From NCBI GenBank assembly GCA_948465965.1, contig CAOJYR010000005.1, forward strand, positions 714 to 64,713: a stretch of 64,000 bases of DNA, in the 5' to 3' direction. The position numbers were made by a program, and so were the translations under genes. Origin of the DNA: an uncultured Mycoplasmatota bacterium. Lineage in GTDB: Bacteria; Bacillota_I; Bacilli_A; RF39; UBA660. Every line of letters starts with the position of its first letter. Positions within the stretch are counted from its first letter, which is position 1. Below the pieces are notes generated by a model. It was given only the letters and a program-made list of their open reading frames with translations. It did no database searches and had not been told where the DNA came from. Of this stretch, positions 35,632 through 44,178 are shown piece after piece.

Positions 35632-37422
35632 ATGAATGAAAACATATTTGATAAGTTAGATTTCGGACCATTAAGATCATTACTTGATAATGATGATATT
35701 ACAGATATTTCTTTTGATAATAATGGTCAAATTTGGGTTCGTTCTTTAACTCAAGGATCTTTGCGAGTTGAAATTGAAGGAGTTACTCCCGAATTTATTG
35801 AGAAACTCGCTTTTCAATGTTCTAACGTAATGGGAACAACTTTTAATAATGCAAAGCCATTTCTCGATGCTGAGTCATCTGAATTGCGTCTTAACTTTGT
35901 TCATCAATCTATTGCTACAAATGGAATTGCTATGGTTATTCGTAAGACTCCTGCAAAGATCAGACTTGAAAAAGAAAAACTATTAAAAGAAGAGTATTTT
36001 ACACAAGATATTCATGATATTTTAATTAAATGTGTCGAAGGTCATTGTAATATTATTGTTTGTGGTGAAACTGGATCAGGTAAAACTGAGTTTGTAAAAT
36101 ATTTGGCAAGTCATACTAAAACAAATGAGAAGATCATTACGATTGAGGATACTTTGGAACTTCATTTAGATAAAATTTTTCCACAAAGAGATATTGTTGC
36201 GATGAAGACAAATAATGTTGCAAGTTATACTGATGTCTTGGTCACTTGTATGAGACAGAATCCAAAATGGATATTGTTATCAGAGGTGCGTAGTGCTGAG
36301 GCTGTTTCTGCTGTGCGTAACTCGATTTCATCAGGGCATAATATCTTATCAACAATTCATGCTGATAAGGCATCAGCTATTCCTTATCGTCTTTATAGCT
36401 TGATGGAAACAGATTTGGATGTTAATCAATTTTTAAATACAATTTATAGATATATTCAGTTAGGTGTTCATATTAAAGCTTATTATAGTAAAGAAAAAGG
36501 AAGATTTCAACGTGAGCTTGATGAGGTTGTTGAGTTTTATGTTGATGAGAATAATGAACCCCAGAGTCATGTGATTTATCAGAAGCAGTTTGGGAAAGAA
36601 CCTTTTATGGCTAAACCTAGTCCCCATTTAACTGAATATTTGGAAAATCAAAATATTGATATTAATTCTATTACTTCTCATATTAAAGATGTTCCTTTTG
36701 AACAAGATAGTAATAGTGGGATTGATAATAATGTGACACAAGAAACTTCAGAAAATGAAAGTGTTCAAGTTATTGAAAATCCTGGATTAGAAGTAGATGC
36801 TCCTGTGAATTTAGAACAAGCAAATGTACAATTAAGTACTACTGATGTACAACCTGAATTGGTAAATGGTTCTACGTTACAGAGTGAACCAGTTTTGACA
36901 ATTAATCAACAGGATGTATCGTTAAACCCAATGGAACAAGTAGATGTTAATACTATTGCTAATGATGTTCCTCAGGTAAATATGAAACCTATTCAGCCTA
37001 CGATAGATAATAATCCTGTATTACAGACTGAACCTACAGAGGCAGTAAATCAGGCTGTTTTATCTAATCCTGTACCGCAACCTGAGATTTCTATCAATAA
37101 TAATGAACCTGAGATACAGCCAGGACAACAAGCAAACTTAATATCTTTACAGTCAGGTGATATTTCTAATAATGTTGTTTCATCTTCTATAGATCAGCAA
37201 CCACCAATTGAGAATAATTCTATAGCAATAGATCAAGCAACACAAAATGCTTCTCCTGTTATTCCAATTAATAATGATCCTTCATCTGATGCAGGTCAGG
37301 TTAATAGTTTGATTAATATTCCTATTATTCAACAAAATAGTCCAGCGAGCCTTGATGTTTCAACTTCTGGTGATCTTGATATCAATGGATTAGCAAGTTT
37401 GGATACACAAGAGAGTAGTTAA
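35632..37422 (+). CDS. tadA: TadA/CpaF-type secretion ATPase with ~250-aa Q/N/P-rich C-terminal extension
   Basis: Walker A GETGSGKTE, ITIEDTLEL, Walker B region WILLSEVRSAEA, His-box STIHAD. Followed by tadB/tadC-like genes. Confidence 0.85.
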   Translation: MNENIFDKLDFGPLRSLLDNDDITDISFDNNGQIWVRSLTQGSLRVEIEGVTPEFIEKLAFQCSNVMGTTFNNAKPFLDAESSELRLNFVHQSIATNGIAMVIRKTPAKIRLEKEKLLKEEYFTQDIHDILIKCVEGHCNIIVCGETGSGKTEFVKYLASHTKTNEKIITIEDTLELHLDKIFPQRDIVAMKTNNVASYTDVLVTCMRQNPKWILLSEVRSAEAVSAVRNSISSGHNILSTIHADKASAIPYRLYSLMETDLDVNQFLNTIYRYIQLGVHIKAYYSKEKGRFQRELDEVVEFYVDENNEPQSHVIYQKQFGKEPFMAKPSPHLTEYLENQNIDINSITSHIKDVPFEQDSNSGIDNNVTQETSENESVQVIENPGLEVDAPVNLEQANVQLSTTDVQPELVNGSTLQSEPVLTINQQDVSLNPMEQVDVNTIANDVPQVNMKPIQPTIDNNPVLQTEPTEAVNQAVLSNPVPQPEISINNNEPEIQPGQQANLISLQSGDISNNVVSSSIDQQPPIENNSIAIDQATQNASPVIPINNDPSSDAGQVNSLINIPIIQQNSPASLDVSTSGDLDINGLASLDTQESS

Positions 37423-37437
37423 AGGATGGTGTTATAA

Positions 37438-38340
37438 ATGTATTTTGGAGAACTTATATTTTTAGTATTATTGTTTGGTGCTATTTTATTATATCGAAAT
37501 TATAGAGGTCAAAATGTTAGTAAATTTATAACATCACAGGTTCAGACTGTTTATGATAAATTTGCACCTTACTCATTTAAATTAGTTAGGGAAAAAACAA
37601 AAGAATTGGGCCAAGAATACACAGCTAGACAGTATTTAATTCAAATCGTAGTTATGGCAGGGTTTACTGGTATTGTTACTTATTTATATTTCTATAATTT
37701 AATTATTTGTATTGTTTATATGGTAGTTGTGGTTATGTTTATTCCTTATCTTTCTTATTTAAGATGTAAAAGGGTTTATAGTGAGTTTTTATTTGAGCAA
37801 ATACAAGTCTATACATCTAATACTATTATGGAGTTTGCAACAACACAATCTTTTGTAAAATCTTTAGAGGGTGTAAGAAATTCTGGTATACTTGAAGATC
37901 CTGTAAAACGAGATGTTGATCATATGATTGAGCTTGCTTATCAAAATGGTAGTATAGATGAATCTCTTATTTATATGAGTCAGTTATATCCGTATTATAT
38001 AGTAAAAAATATGCATCAATTATTTTTACAAATCACAAAAGAGGGTGCAAGAAATTCTGCGGAATCATTAGAAAATATGCAGCTTGATATAGATATGTTA
38101 GTTGAAAGTGTTTATAGAGATAGAATTGAAAGAGCAACTTTTCATAAACAATTTTTGCAATTCGGTATTATGCTATATTTAATGGTTATGTTGGTTCAAT
38201 ACCTGTTGGGACGAGAGACTTATTTAATTCTTCTTAATCGATGGTATATAAAAGTTTTGCTTCATGGAGTTTTAATAATCAATACATTTTTTCTTCTTAA
38301 AGGTGAAAAATATTATAATGAGAATGTGGGGGCTGAATAA
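37438..38340 (+). CDS. tadB: TadB-like (T2SS-F family) pilus platform protein
   Basis: 300-aa polytopic protein with N-terminal TM, central TM pair, cytoplasmic helical domain and C-terminal TMs. Sits immediately after tadA. Confidence 0.6.
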   Translation: MYFGELIFLVLLFGAILLYRNYRGQNVSKFITSQVQTVYDKFAPYSFKLVREKTKELGQEYTARQYLIQIVVMAGFTGIVTYLYFYNLIICIVYMVVVVMFIPYLSYLRCKRVYSEFLFEQIQVYTSNTIMEFATTQSFVKSLEGVRNSGILEDPVKRDVDHMIELAYQNGSIDESLIYMSQLYPYYIVKNMHQLFLQITKEGARNSAESLENMQLDIDMLVESVYRDRIERATFHKQFLQFGIMLYLMVMLVQYLLGRETYLILLNRWYIKVLLHGVLIINTFFLLKGEKYYNENVGAE

Positions 38341-39122
38341 TGGCGGTATTTGTGGCTAGTGCTATTATTATATTTGTTTTAGTCTATAATAATACGATTG
38401 ATAAGAATAAATTTATTGCTGATAACGAAAAATATTTTCAAATTATTAGGGAAGATGATTATAGCTTTTTGGTTGCGGCTAAGTATGGAGAAGAAGCTGA
38501 TGCTGATCAGTTATTTAGACAAAGAGTTATGTATGCAGCTATAGCTGGTATTGCATTCTTATTTATATTTTTATCACAATTATCTTTAATTAATGTAGTA
38601 CTTGCAGTTGTTATTGCAGCAGCAATATTTAAAATGCCTTATATGCAATTGAAACAATATTATAAGGCACATTTACATGAAATAGATGTTATGCTTCCTT
38701 ATTATTTAAAGAGTTTGGAAATATTAATTCAACATTATACTGTTCCTGTTGCTTTAGGTAAATCAATTGACGATGCTCCTGAAATATTTAAACCAGGACT
38801 TAGAAAATTAATTGATAGAATTAATTCTGGGGATGCTAGTATTGATCCTTATATGGAATTTGCTAATGATTATCCAGTTAGGGATTCTATGCGAATGATG
38901 AGACTTTTATATCGTTTGGGACTAGGATCTCAAGAAAAGAAACAAGAAAGACTTATGATGTTTTCTAGAACAGTTTCAAATTTGCAAAATAAAGCAAGAG
39001 AAACAAAATATAAAGAGAGACTTGGTCATATGGAAAGTCAAACAATGGTAATGCTTGTTGTTACTGGTGTTGGTGTTATGCTTATTATTTTAATTTCTAT
39101 GATGATGATGTTTAGTGTTTAA
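38340..39122 (+). CDS. tadC: TadC-like (T2SS-F family) pilus platform protein
   Basis: 260 aa with the same architecture as the upstream ORF. 1-nt overlap (TAATG). Confidence 0.6.
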   Translation: MAVFVASAIIIFVLVYNNTIDKNKFIADNEKYFQIIREDDYSFLVAAKYGEEADADQLFRQRVMYAAIAGIAFLFIFLSQLSLINVVLAVVIAAAIFKMPYMQLKQYYKAHLHEIDVMLPYYLKSLEILIQHYTVPVALGKSIDDAPEIFKPGLRKLIDRINSGDASIDPYMEFANDYPVRDSMRMMRLLYRLGLGSQEKKQERLMMFSRTVSNLQNKARETKYKERLGHMESQTMVMLVVTGVGVMLIILISMMMMFSV

Positions 39123-39138
39123 ACTAATGAAAAAAGTA

Positions 39139-39166
39139 TTGTAAAATTTTGCTATTTTGGTATAAT
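39139..39166 (+). promoter_or_regulatory. Candidate sigma-A promoter for the pilin-like gene
   Basis: TTGTAA-16 nt-TATAAT. Confidence 0.5.
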
Positions 39167-39235
39167 AATAGTGTATATATAAGATAGTATACAGGGTAAA
39201 TGAAATTTATAATTTTGAAAGGATGTGTTTAATTA

Positions 39236-39406
39236 ATGAAAGCAGCTACAGGTGAATTAAACTTAACAGTTATTACTTTGATTGCTATTGCTGCAATTAT
39301 TGGATTTTTTTGGATTATGTGGCCTAATATAGCTAATTCTATCAATAAGCAATGGGGTAATATTTCTGGTGATTATTCTGGTATGATTATTGTTGAAAGA
39401 AGATAA
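39236..39406 (+). CDS. flp: Flp-like pilin candidate (56 aa; absent from the ORF track)
   Basis: ATG 39236 to TAA 39404-39406 encodes MKAATGELNLTVITLIAIAAIIGFFWIMWPNIANSINKQWGNISGDYSGMIIVERR. It has a short polar leader ending in G, then a ~20-aa hydrophobic helix. RBS GAAAGGATG is upstream, and it lies between tadC and a TadE-like gene. Confidence 0.6.
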   Translation: MKAATGELNLTVITLIAIAAIIGFFWIMWPNIANSINKQWGNISGDYSGMIIVERR

Positions 39407-39420
39407 GGAAGGTGTTTTAG

Positions 39421-39852
39421 ATGCGTGATGCTTTTGGTGGTATTGTTAATATATCTATAATTGTAGTATTTATTGTTATAGTAAGTGGTTATTTAGCATT
39501 TAATGTTAATTATACAAAAGCATTTCGTGTTAAAAACAAGATTATAACAAATTTAGAACAGTATGAGGGTAATTGTGCTCCTGGTAGTCCTTGTGCAGGG
39601 GATATAAGTACTTATATAAAGGGTATTGGGTATAACACATCTGCTCCTAATATTACGGGAACTGGAGTAACTTGTGTTGATGAATATGGGTATTGTTATC
39701 AGGAATTTTCTACTGGAACTAGTGATAATATAAAACACTACTATAAAGTCACTACACAAATTAATATTGATATTCCGATAATCAATAAGATTATGCCTAG
39801 TTTGCGTGTTTTTCAATTATCTGGAAATACTAAATTAATAAAGAAACCATAA
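39421..39852 (+). CDS. TadE-like pseudopilin candidate
   Basis: 143 aa with N-terminal MRDAFGG + hydrophobic helix IVNISIIVVFIVIVSGYLAF. RBS GGAAGGTG. Confidence 0.4.
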   Translation: MRDAFGGIVNISIIVVFIVIVSGYLAFNVNYTKAFRVKNKIITNLEQYEGNCAPGSPCAGDISTYIKGIGYNTSAPNITGTGVTCVDEYGYCYQEFSTGTSDNIKHYYKVTTQINIDIPIINKIMPSLRVFQLSGNTKLIKKP

Positions 39853-39887
39853 TTATTTAATAAAATCAATATAGAAAGGATGATAAA

Positions 39888-40877
39888 ATGAATGTTATAG
39901 TTGCGAATACACAAAAAGATATTTTATCTAATTTAGATGTTGATATTATTAAAAGTATTTATGGAGAATATGAAGCTAATGAGATAGTGGAAATGTTTAA
40001 AAACTTTTTTTATAATCGAATGATTTTGGATGTTTCTGCTATTAAGAATTTTAAAGATATACAAAGTTTTCAGATTATAGCAAATGGTCTAGATGCTGAA
40101 AAAATTGTATTTTTTTTACCTGAGGGTAGTGAAGTTTGTACATCTAGTTTTTTATCTAAATTAGTATCTTTGGGGATATATAATTTTACGACTAATATTG
40201 ATGGTGTTAAATATTTACTTAATACTCCTAATACTTATAAGGATGTGTCTAATTATCATCAAGTCAGTGATGTAGTATCTGTTAATAATGGTGGTCAGGT
40301 TTCATTACATGGTCCTAGAATAATTGGTATTAAAAATGTAACTGAGCAAGCTGGTGCTACTACGCTTGTTTATATGCTTAAGAAGGAATTAAAAGCCCAG
40401 TTGGGAGATTCTGTTATTGCTATTGAATTAGATAAGAATGATTTTCAATATTTTAATGAGAAAAATATGTTTTCCATATCTAGTGATCAATTTAGGGATG
40501 CCATAAATAGATATTCAGGAGCTTCTGCTATATTGGTTGATTTAAATAAATCGAATGTGGAGTTTAATTGTGATGAGGTTTTGTATTTAATAGAGCCAAC
40601 TATAATTAAGTTAAATAAGCTTATGAAGAGAGATAGAAGTGTTTTTTCTAAGTTGGGTGGTAAAAAAATTGTGTTGAGTAAAAGTTTACTTACCAATAAA
40701 GATGTTATGGATTTTGAATATGAGGCTAAGACTAAGGTGTTTTATAATCTTCCTCCTTTGGATGAGCGAAAAAGAAATAATGTTTTAGGGGACTTTTTGG
40801 CAAGAATTGGATTATTAGAGATTTCTTCTGATAATGGTGTTACAGGCGGTAAAATATTTGGTTTATTTAGACGTTAA
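39888..40877 (+). CDS. TadZ/CpaE-like protein (receiver-like N-domain + ParA/MinD-like domain with degenerate P-loop)
   Basis: The segment RIIGIKNVTEQAGATTLVYMLKKEL occupies the place of the deviant Walker A (KGGxGxTT) but lacks the Lys/Gly residues. Lies in the Tad cluster. Confidence 0.4.
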   Translation: MNVIVANTQKDILSNLDVDIIKSIYGEYEANEIVEMFKNFFYNRMILDVSAIKNFKDIQSFQIIANGLDAEKIVFFLPEGSEVCTSSFLSKLVSLGIYNFTTNIDGVKYLLNTPNTYKDVSNYHQVSDVVSVNNGGQVSLHGPRIIGIKNVTEQAGATTLVYMLKKELKAQLGDSVIAIELDKNDFQYFNEKNMFSISSDQFRDAINRYSGASAILVDLNKSNVEFNCDEVLYLIEPTIIKLNKLMKRDRSVFSKLGGKKIVLSKSLLTNKDVMDFEYEAKTKVFYNLPPLDERKRNNVLGDFLARIGLLEISSDNGVTGGKIFGLFRR

Positions 40878-40879
40878 TA

Positions 40880-40908
40880 TTGACAAAAGATATTTAATAG
40901 GTTAATAT
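40880..40908 (+). promoter_or_regulatory. Candidate sigma-A promoter at the head of the T4SS module
   Basis: TTGACA-17 nt-TAATAT. Confidence 0.55.
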
Positions 40909-40933
40909 TAATTTATATTGAAGGAGTGATTTT

Positions 40934-41287
40934 ATGTCAAATTTATTTCAAATAGGTGATGTGCAAAATGCTAATGTTAATTCAAATTGTGGTGGATTAG
41001 AACCTATTGTTAAATTAATAAAAAAAGGTGTATTTCCTATAGTTCAAATTGTTATCCCTTTGGTTTTGATTGTATTTGGAACTATTGATTTAGGAAAGGC
41101 AGTAATATCTAGTGATGAGAAAGCCATTAAATCAGCACAAAGTATGCTAATTAAACGTTGTATTTATGCAGCAGCAATATTTTTTGTTACTACGATTGTA
41201 TCTTTACTTATGGGTATCGTTGCAACAGGTGCAGATTCTGAGGCTAATGTTAAAGGATGGGCTAGTTGCTGGAATTCAATTAAGTAG
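40934..41287 (+). CDS. VirB2/TrbC-like two-TM pilin-like protein 1
   Basis: 117 aa with a helical hairpin: IVQIVIPLVLIVFGTIDLGKAVISSDEKAIKSAQSMLIKRCIYAAAIFFVTTIVSLLMGIV. First gene of the T4SS module. Confidence 0.5.
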   Translation: MSNLFQIGDVQNANVNSNCGGLEPIVKLIKKGVFPIVQIVIPLVLIVFGTIDLGKAVISSDEKAIKSAQSMLIKRCIYAAAIFFVTTIVSLLMGIVATGADSEANVKGWASCWNSIK

Positions 41288-41294
41288 TTTATTG

Positions 41295-41322
41295 ATAGCA
41301 AATTTATTGCTATTTTTTTTTT
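41295..41322 (+). terminator. Intra-operon terminator/attenuator after pilin-like gene 1
   Basis: ATAGCAA-ATTTA-TTGCTAT hairpin followed by a 9-10 T run. Confidence 0.65.
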
Positions 41323-41368
41323 ATTTTGATATACTTATTCTGTATAAATGTAGTTATGGAGTGATCAT

Positions 41369-41752
41369 ATGAAAAAAAGGAGAGTATTTGTTTCTTTTAT
41401 AATATTTTTTTCTGTTACTTTTTTTGTTATAAATAGTCCTATTGATGTATTTGCTGCTCAAAAGTGTAATTCATTATTAGGAAGTACCACTGATGAGAAT
41501 TCGGTGGCCTGGCTTTTACAACAAATTCTAAATTATTTAAAAGTTTTGGGACCTTTATTAGTCTTGATTTTAAGTAGTATTGATTTTGCTAAGGCTATTA
41601 TAGTTAGTGATGATGAAACGATGAAAAAGGCGCAAAAGAAGTTAATAACTAGACTTTTAGCTGTGGTTATTTTATTCTTTATTCCTGATCTTGTATCTTT
41701 ATTGTTACAAATATTTGGAATAACAGATGATCCTACTTGTGGATTAGGGTAA
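41369..41752 (+). CDS. VirB2/TrbC-like two-TM pilin-like protein 2 (with cleavable signal peptide)
   Basis: Signal peptide ...SPIDVFAAQ. Hairpin LGPLLVLILSSIDFAKAIIVSDDETMKKAQKKLITRLLAVVILFFIPDLVSLLLQIF is paralogous to 40934. Confidence 0.5.
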   Translation: MKKRRVFVSFIIFFSVTFFVINSPIDVFAAQKCNSLLGSTTDENSVAWLLQQILNYLKVLGPLLVLILSSIDFAKAIIVSDDETMKKAQKKLITRLLAVVILFFIPDLVSLLLQIFGITDDPTCGLG

Positions 41753-41772
41753 TAGAAAGGGAGTGATTAACT

Positions 41773-43845
41773 ATGTCAGATTCTTCTGAAGTTGGTATTA
41801 TATTTAAAACGACAAGATCGTTGTTTGCGGGACTTAATTCAGGTATTTATGTTATTTTAGGTGCTATTTATCAGATCTTTTTCAATATAGCCAGTTCGCA
41901 GCTTTTTGAAAATGAAACTATTCGAAATTTTTATGGTAGAGTTCAATTAATCATTGGCGTTTTTATGCTATTTAAATTAACTGTATCCGTATTGCAGGGG
42001 ATTGTTGATCCTAATAAGTTTACTGATGCAAAAAATGGTTTTGGAAATATTATTACTAGAATAATCACAGCACTTGCGATGCTTACTCTTTTAGTTCCAA
42101 TTTCTATTCCAGGAAACGATCTTAATTCATATGAGGTATCTGTTAATAATAATGGATTATTATTTGGTACATTATATTCTTTACAAGACAGGATTTTGAG
42201 TAATAATACACTGGGACGCCTTATATTGGGAACAACAGATAATAATGTATCTACTGAAGATCAGGAAAATACGTTAGCATCATCTGCCAATCAATTCACC
42301 TCAGCTATATTAAAAGGATTTATTAGAATAAATTTGAAGGAAAAGGAAGAACGCGTTGATGATGATGAGACAAACAAAAGAAACTATATGTGTTATGATA
42401 ATGAAAATAATAAGTATTATGATGATGATACAAAGAAAATTATAGATTATTATAATAAATTAGATGCTGATACTACTAGATTACTTGATTATGCTTCAGC
42501 TAGTTGTGTAACAGGATCACATGGTTTTTTAGGACTTGCTGATACAGACAGGTATGTATTTACCTTTAACTTTTTATTTTCTTTAGTTGTCGGTATTGTT
42601 TTTATAGTTATATTAATAGGTTTTTGTCTTGATATTGCAATAAGGGCTATTAAGTTATCTATTTTGAGACTTATTGCACCTATTCCTATTATTAGTTATA
42701 TTGATAAGAAAGAAGGCGGGGCCTTTTCTGCCTGGGTAAAGATTACAACTTCTACTTATTTAGATTTATTCTTAAGACTTGCAATTATTTATTTTGTTAT
42801 TTTCTTAATTCAAGATATGATTAAGAATGGTTTAATAATTAATAATGCGAGTGGATTAGTAGGAATTGTTTCTATGATATTTATTTGGCTTGGTTTATTC
42901 TTCTTTGCGAAACAAGCACCTAAATTTATAATGGATGCTTTAGGTATTAAAGGTGATGGTAACTTTAAATTATTTGGTGGTTTAGGAAAACTTGCAGGTG
43001 CGGCAACATTAGCTGCTGGTATATCTGGAGCAGCTGCAACAAATGTTAGGGCATATAGCGAGGAAAATCCTGGTGCAGGATTACTAAAGAAAATGGGAAG
43101 TGGAGCTGTTGGTGCTTTAGGCGGATTATATAGAGGTGGAAGGGCCTTAGCAACATCTGATAAGGACTATGCAGGTAATACATTTAAGGCTATGCAGGAT
43201 AGAAATACTTTACGTGCAAATCATTCAACTTTACCTGGTAGAATTCAAGATAAGGTTTATGGTGCATTTATGGGAAGGTCTTTAGCTGCTAAGAACCAAG
43301 GAATAATGGATGCTAGCAAAAGCGCTGCATCTTCAATAAAGGATTTCAAGGGTATGGCTGAAGGTGAAGCAAGAAAAAAAGGCGATTATGGATTTTACAA
43401 TGGCAAGCATTATAATTATGAAGAATTAGTAGCTGCAATGAATGCTAAGGATGCAAGTGGAAACTTTAGTTATAAAGGTGAAAGACTTAATGTTGGTGAT
43501 TTTGATGCTAATGTATTGGCGAAAATTTTGGATTCTCAAACCGCAAGATATTTGCAATCTGATTTTGATGGTAAAAAATTTGGAAATGGGAAACTTCAGA
43601 CAACATGGGCTCAAGCTTCATATGATATGGGAGAAGCAGGTTTAAGTGATGAACTTTCTAGTATCATATCGTATATGAGTGAAGCAGCTAATGCGTTAAA
43701 TGATGTTGCTGATGCGGCTAGATTGGAAGGACAATATGGTCGAATAGGAAAAGCTATTGGTTCTGCAAATACACAATATACAGAGCAAGCTACATCAATG
43801 CAAAATATTAAATATCGTGCCAATAATCAGGCTAACAAGAAATAA
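41773..43845 (+). CDS. VirB6/TrbL-like polytopic T4SS channel protein
   Basis: 690 aa with about 6-7 TM helices, a large extracytoplasmic loop and a G/A-rich cytoplasmic C-terminus. Position upstream of VirB3/VirB4 homologs matches Gram-positive T4SS loci. Confidence 0.55.
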   Translation: MSDSSEVGIIFKTTRSLFAGLNSGIYVILGAIYQIFFNIASSQLFENETIRNFYGRVQLIIGVFMLFKLTVSVLQGIVDPNKFTDAKNGFGNIITRIITALAMLTLLVPISIPGNDLNSYEVSVNNNGLLFGTLYSLQDRILSNNTLGRLILGTTDNNVSTEDQENTLASSANQFTSAILKGFIRINLKEKEERVDDDETNKRNYMCYDNENNKYYDDDTKKIIDYYNKLDADTTRLLDYASASCVTGSHGFLGLADTDRYVFTFNFLFSLVVGIVFIVILIGFCLDIAIRAIKLSILRLIAPIPIISYIDKKEGGAFSAWVKITTSTYLDLFLRLAIIYFVIFLIQDMIKNGLIINNASGLVGIVSMIFIWLGLFFFAKQAPKFIMDALGIKGDGNFKLFGGLGKLAGAATLAAGISGAAATNVRAYSEENPGAGLLKKMGSGAVGALGGLYRGGRALATSDKDYAGNTFKAMQDRNTLRANHSTLPGRIQDKVYGAFMGRSLAAKNQGIMDASKSAASSIKDFKGMAEGEARKKGDYGFYNGKHYNYEELVAAMNAKDASGNFSYKGERLNVGDFDANVLAKILDSQTARYLQSDFDGKKFGNGKLQTTWAQASYDMGEAGLSDELSSIISYMSEAANALNDVADAARLEGQYGRIGKAIGSANTQYTEQATSMQNIKYRANNQANKK

Positions 43846-43863
43846 AAGGGAGTGTGATATATA

Positions 43864-44178
43864 GTGAATTATTTAATACCTGCGAATACAAAGAAGGGGC
43901 AATTAATCCTTGGGATATTTAGACCTTTTGATTTGATTTTGTTTTTATCAGGGGTTTTAGTTACAATAATACTTTTGGCTTTTATGCCTTTAACTTCTAC
44001 CGCTGTTACTATTTTAATATTAAGTCCGGCATTTATATGTGGATTTTTGGTAATGCCGGTTCCTTATTATCATAATATTTTAAATATTATTGTGGAACTT
44101 TATGATTTTTTAACTTCTGTTCAGACATATTATTGGAAAGGTTGGTGTTTCAAAGATGGCAAAGAAAGTAAGAAATAA
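43864..44178 (+). CDS. PrgI/VirB3-like small two-TM T4SS protein
   Basis: 104 aa with GTG start after AAGGGAG. The F-x-x-x-DLILFLSG...TM-TM architecture directly precedes VirB4. Confidence 0.5.
   Translation: MNYLIPANTKKGQLILGIFRPFDLILFLSGVLVTIILLAFMPLTSTAVTILILSPAFICGFLVMPVPYYHNILNIIVELYDFLTSVQTYYWKGWCFKDGKESKK

Noticed and set aside
35632-37422. Calling this ATPase VirB11 (the T4SS traffic ATPase) rather than TadA/CpaF
   Set aside because: Both belong to the same superfamily. However, the gene is flanked by a CpaB-like gene upstream and two T2SS-F-type (TadB/TadC) genes plus pilin-like genes downstream, which is the Tad arrangement.
41166-41372. 68-aa ORF bridging the two pilin-like genes
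   Set aside because: It overlaps the 3' end of ORF 40934 out of frame, reads through the terminator hairpin, and has no RBS.
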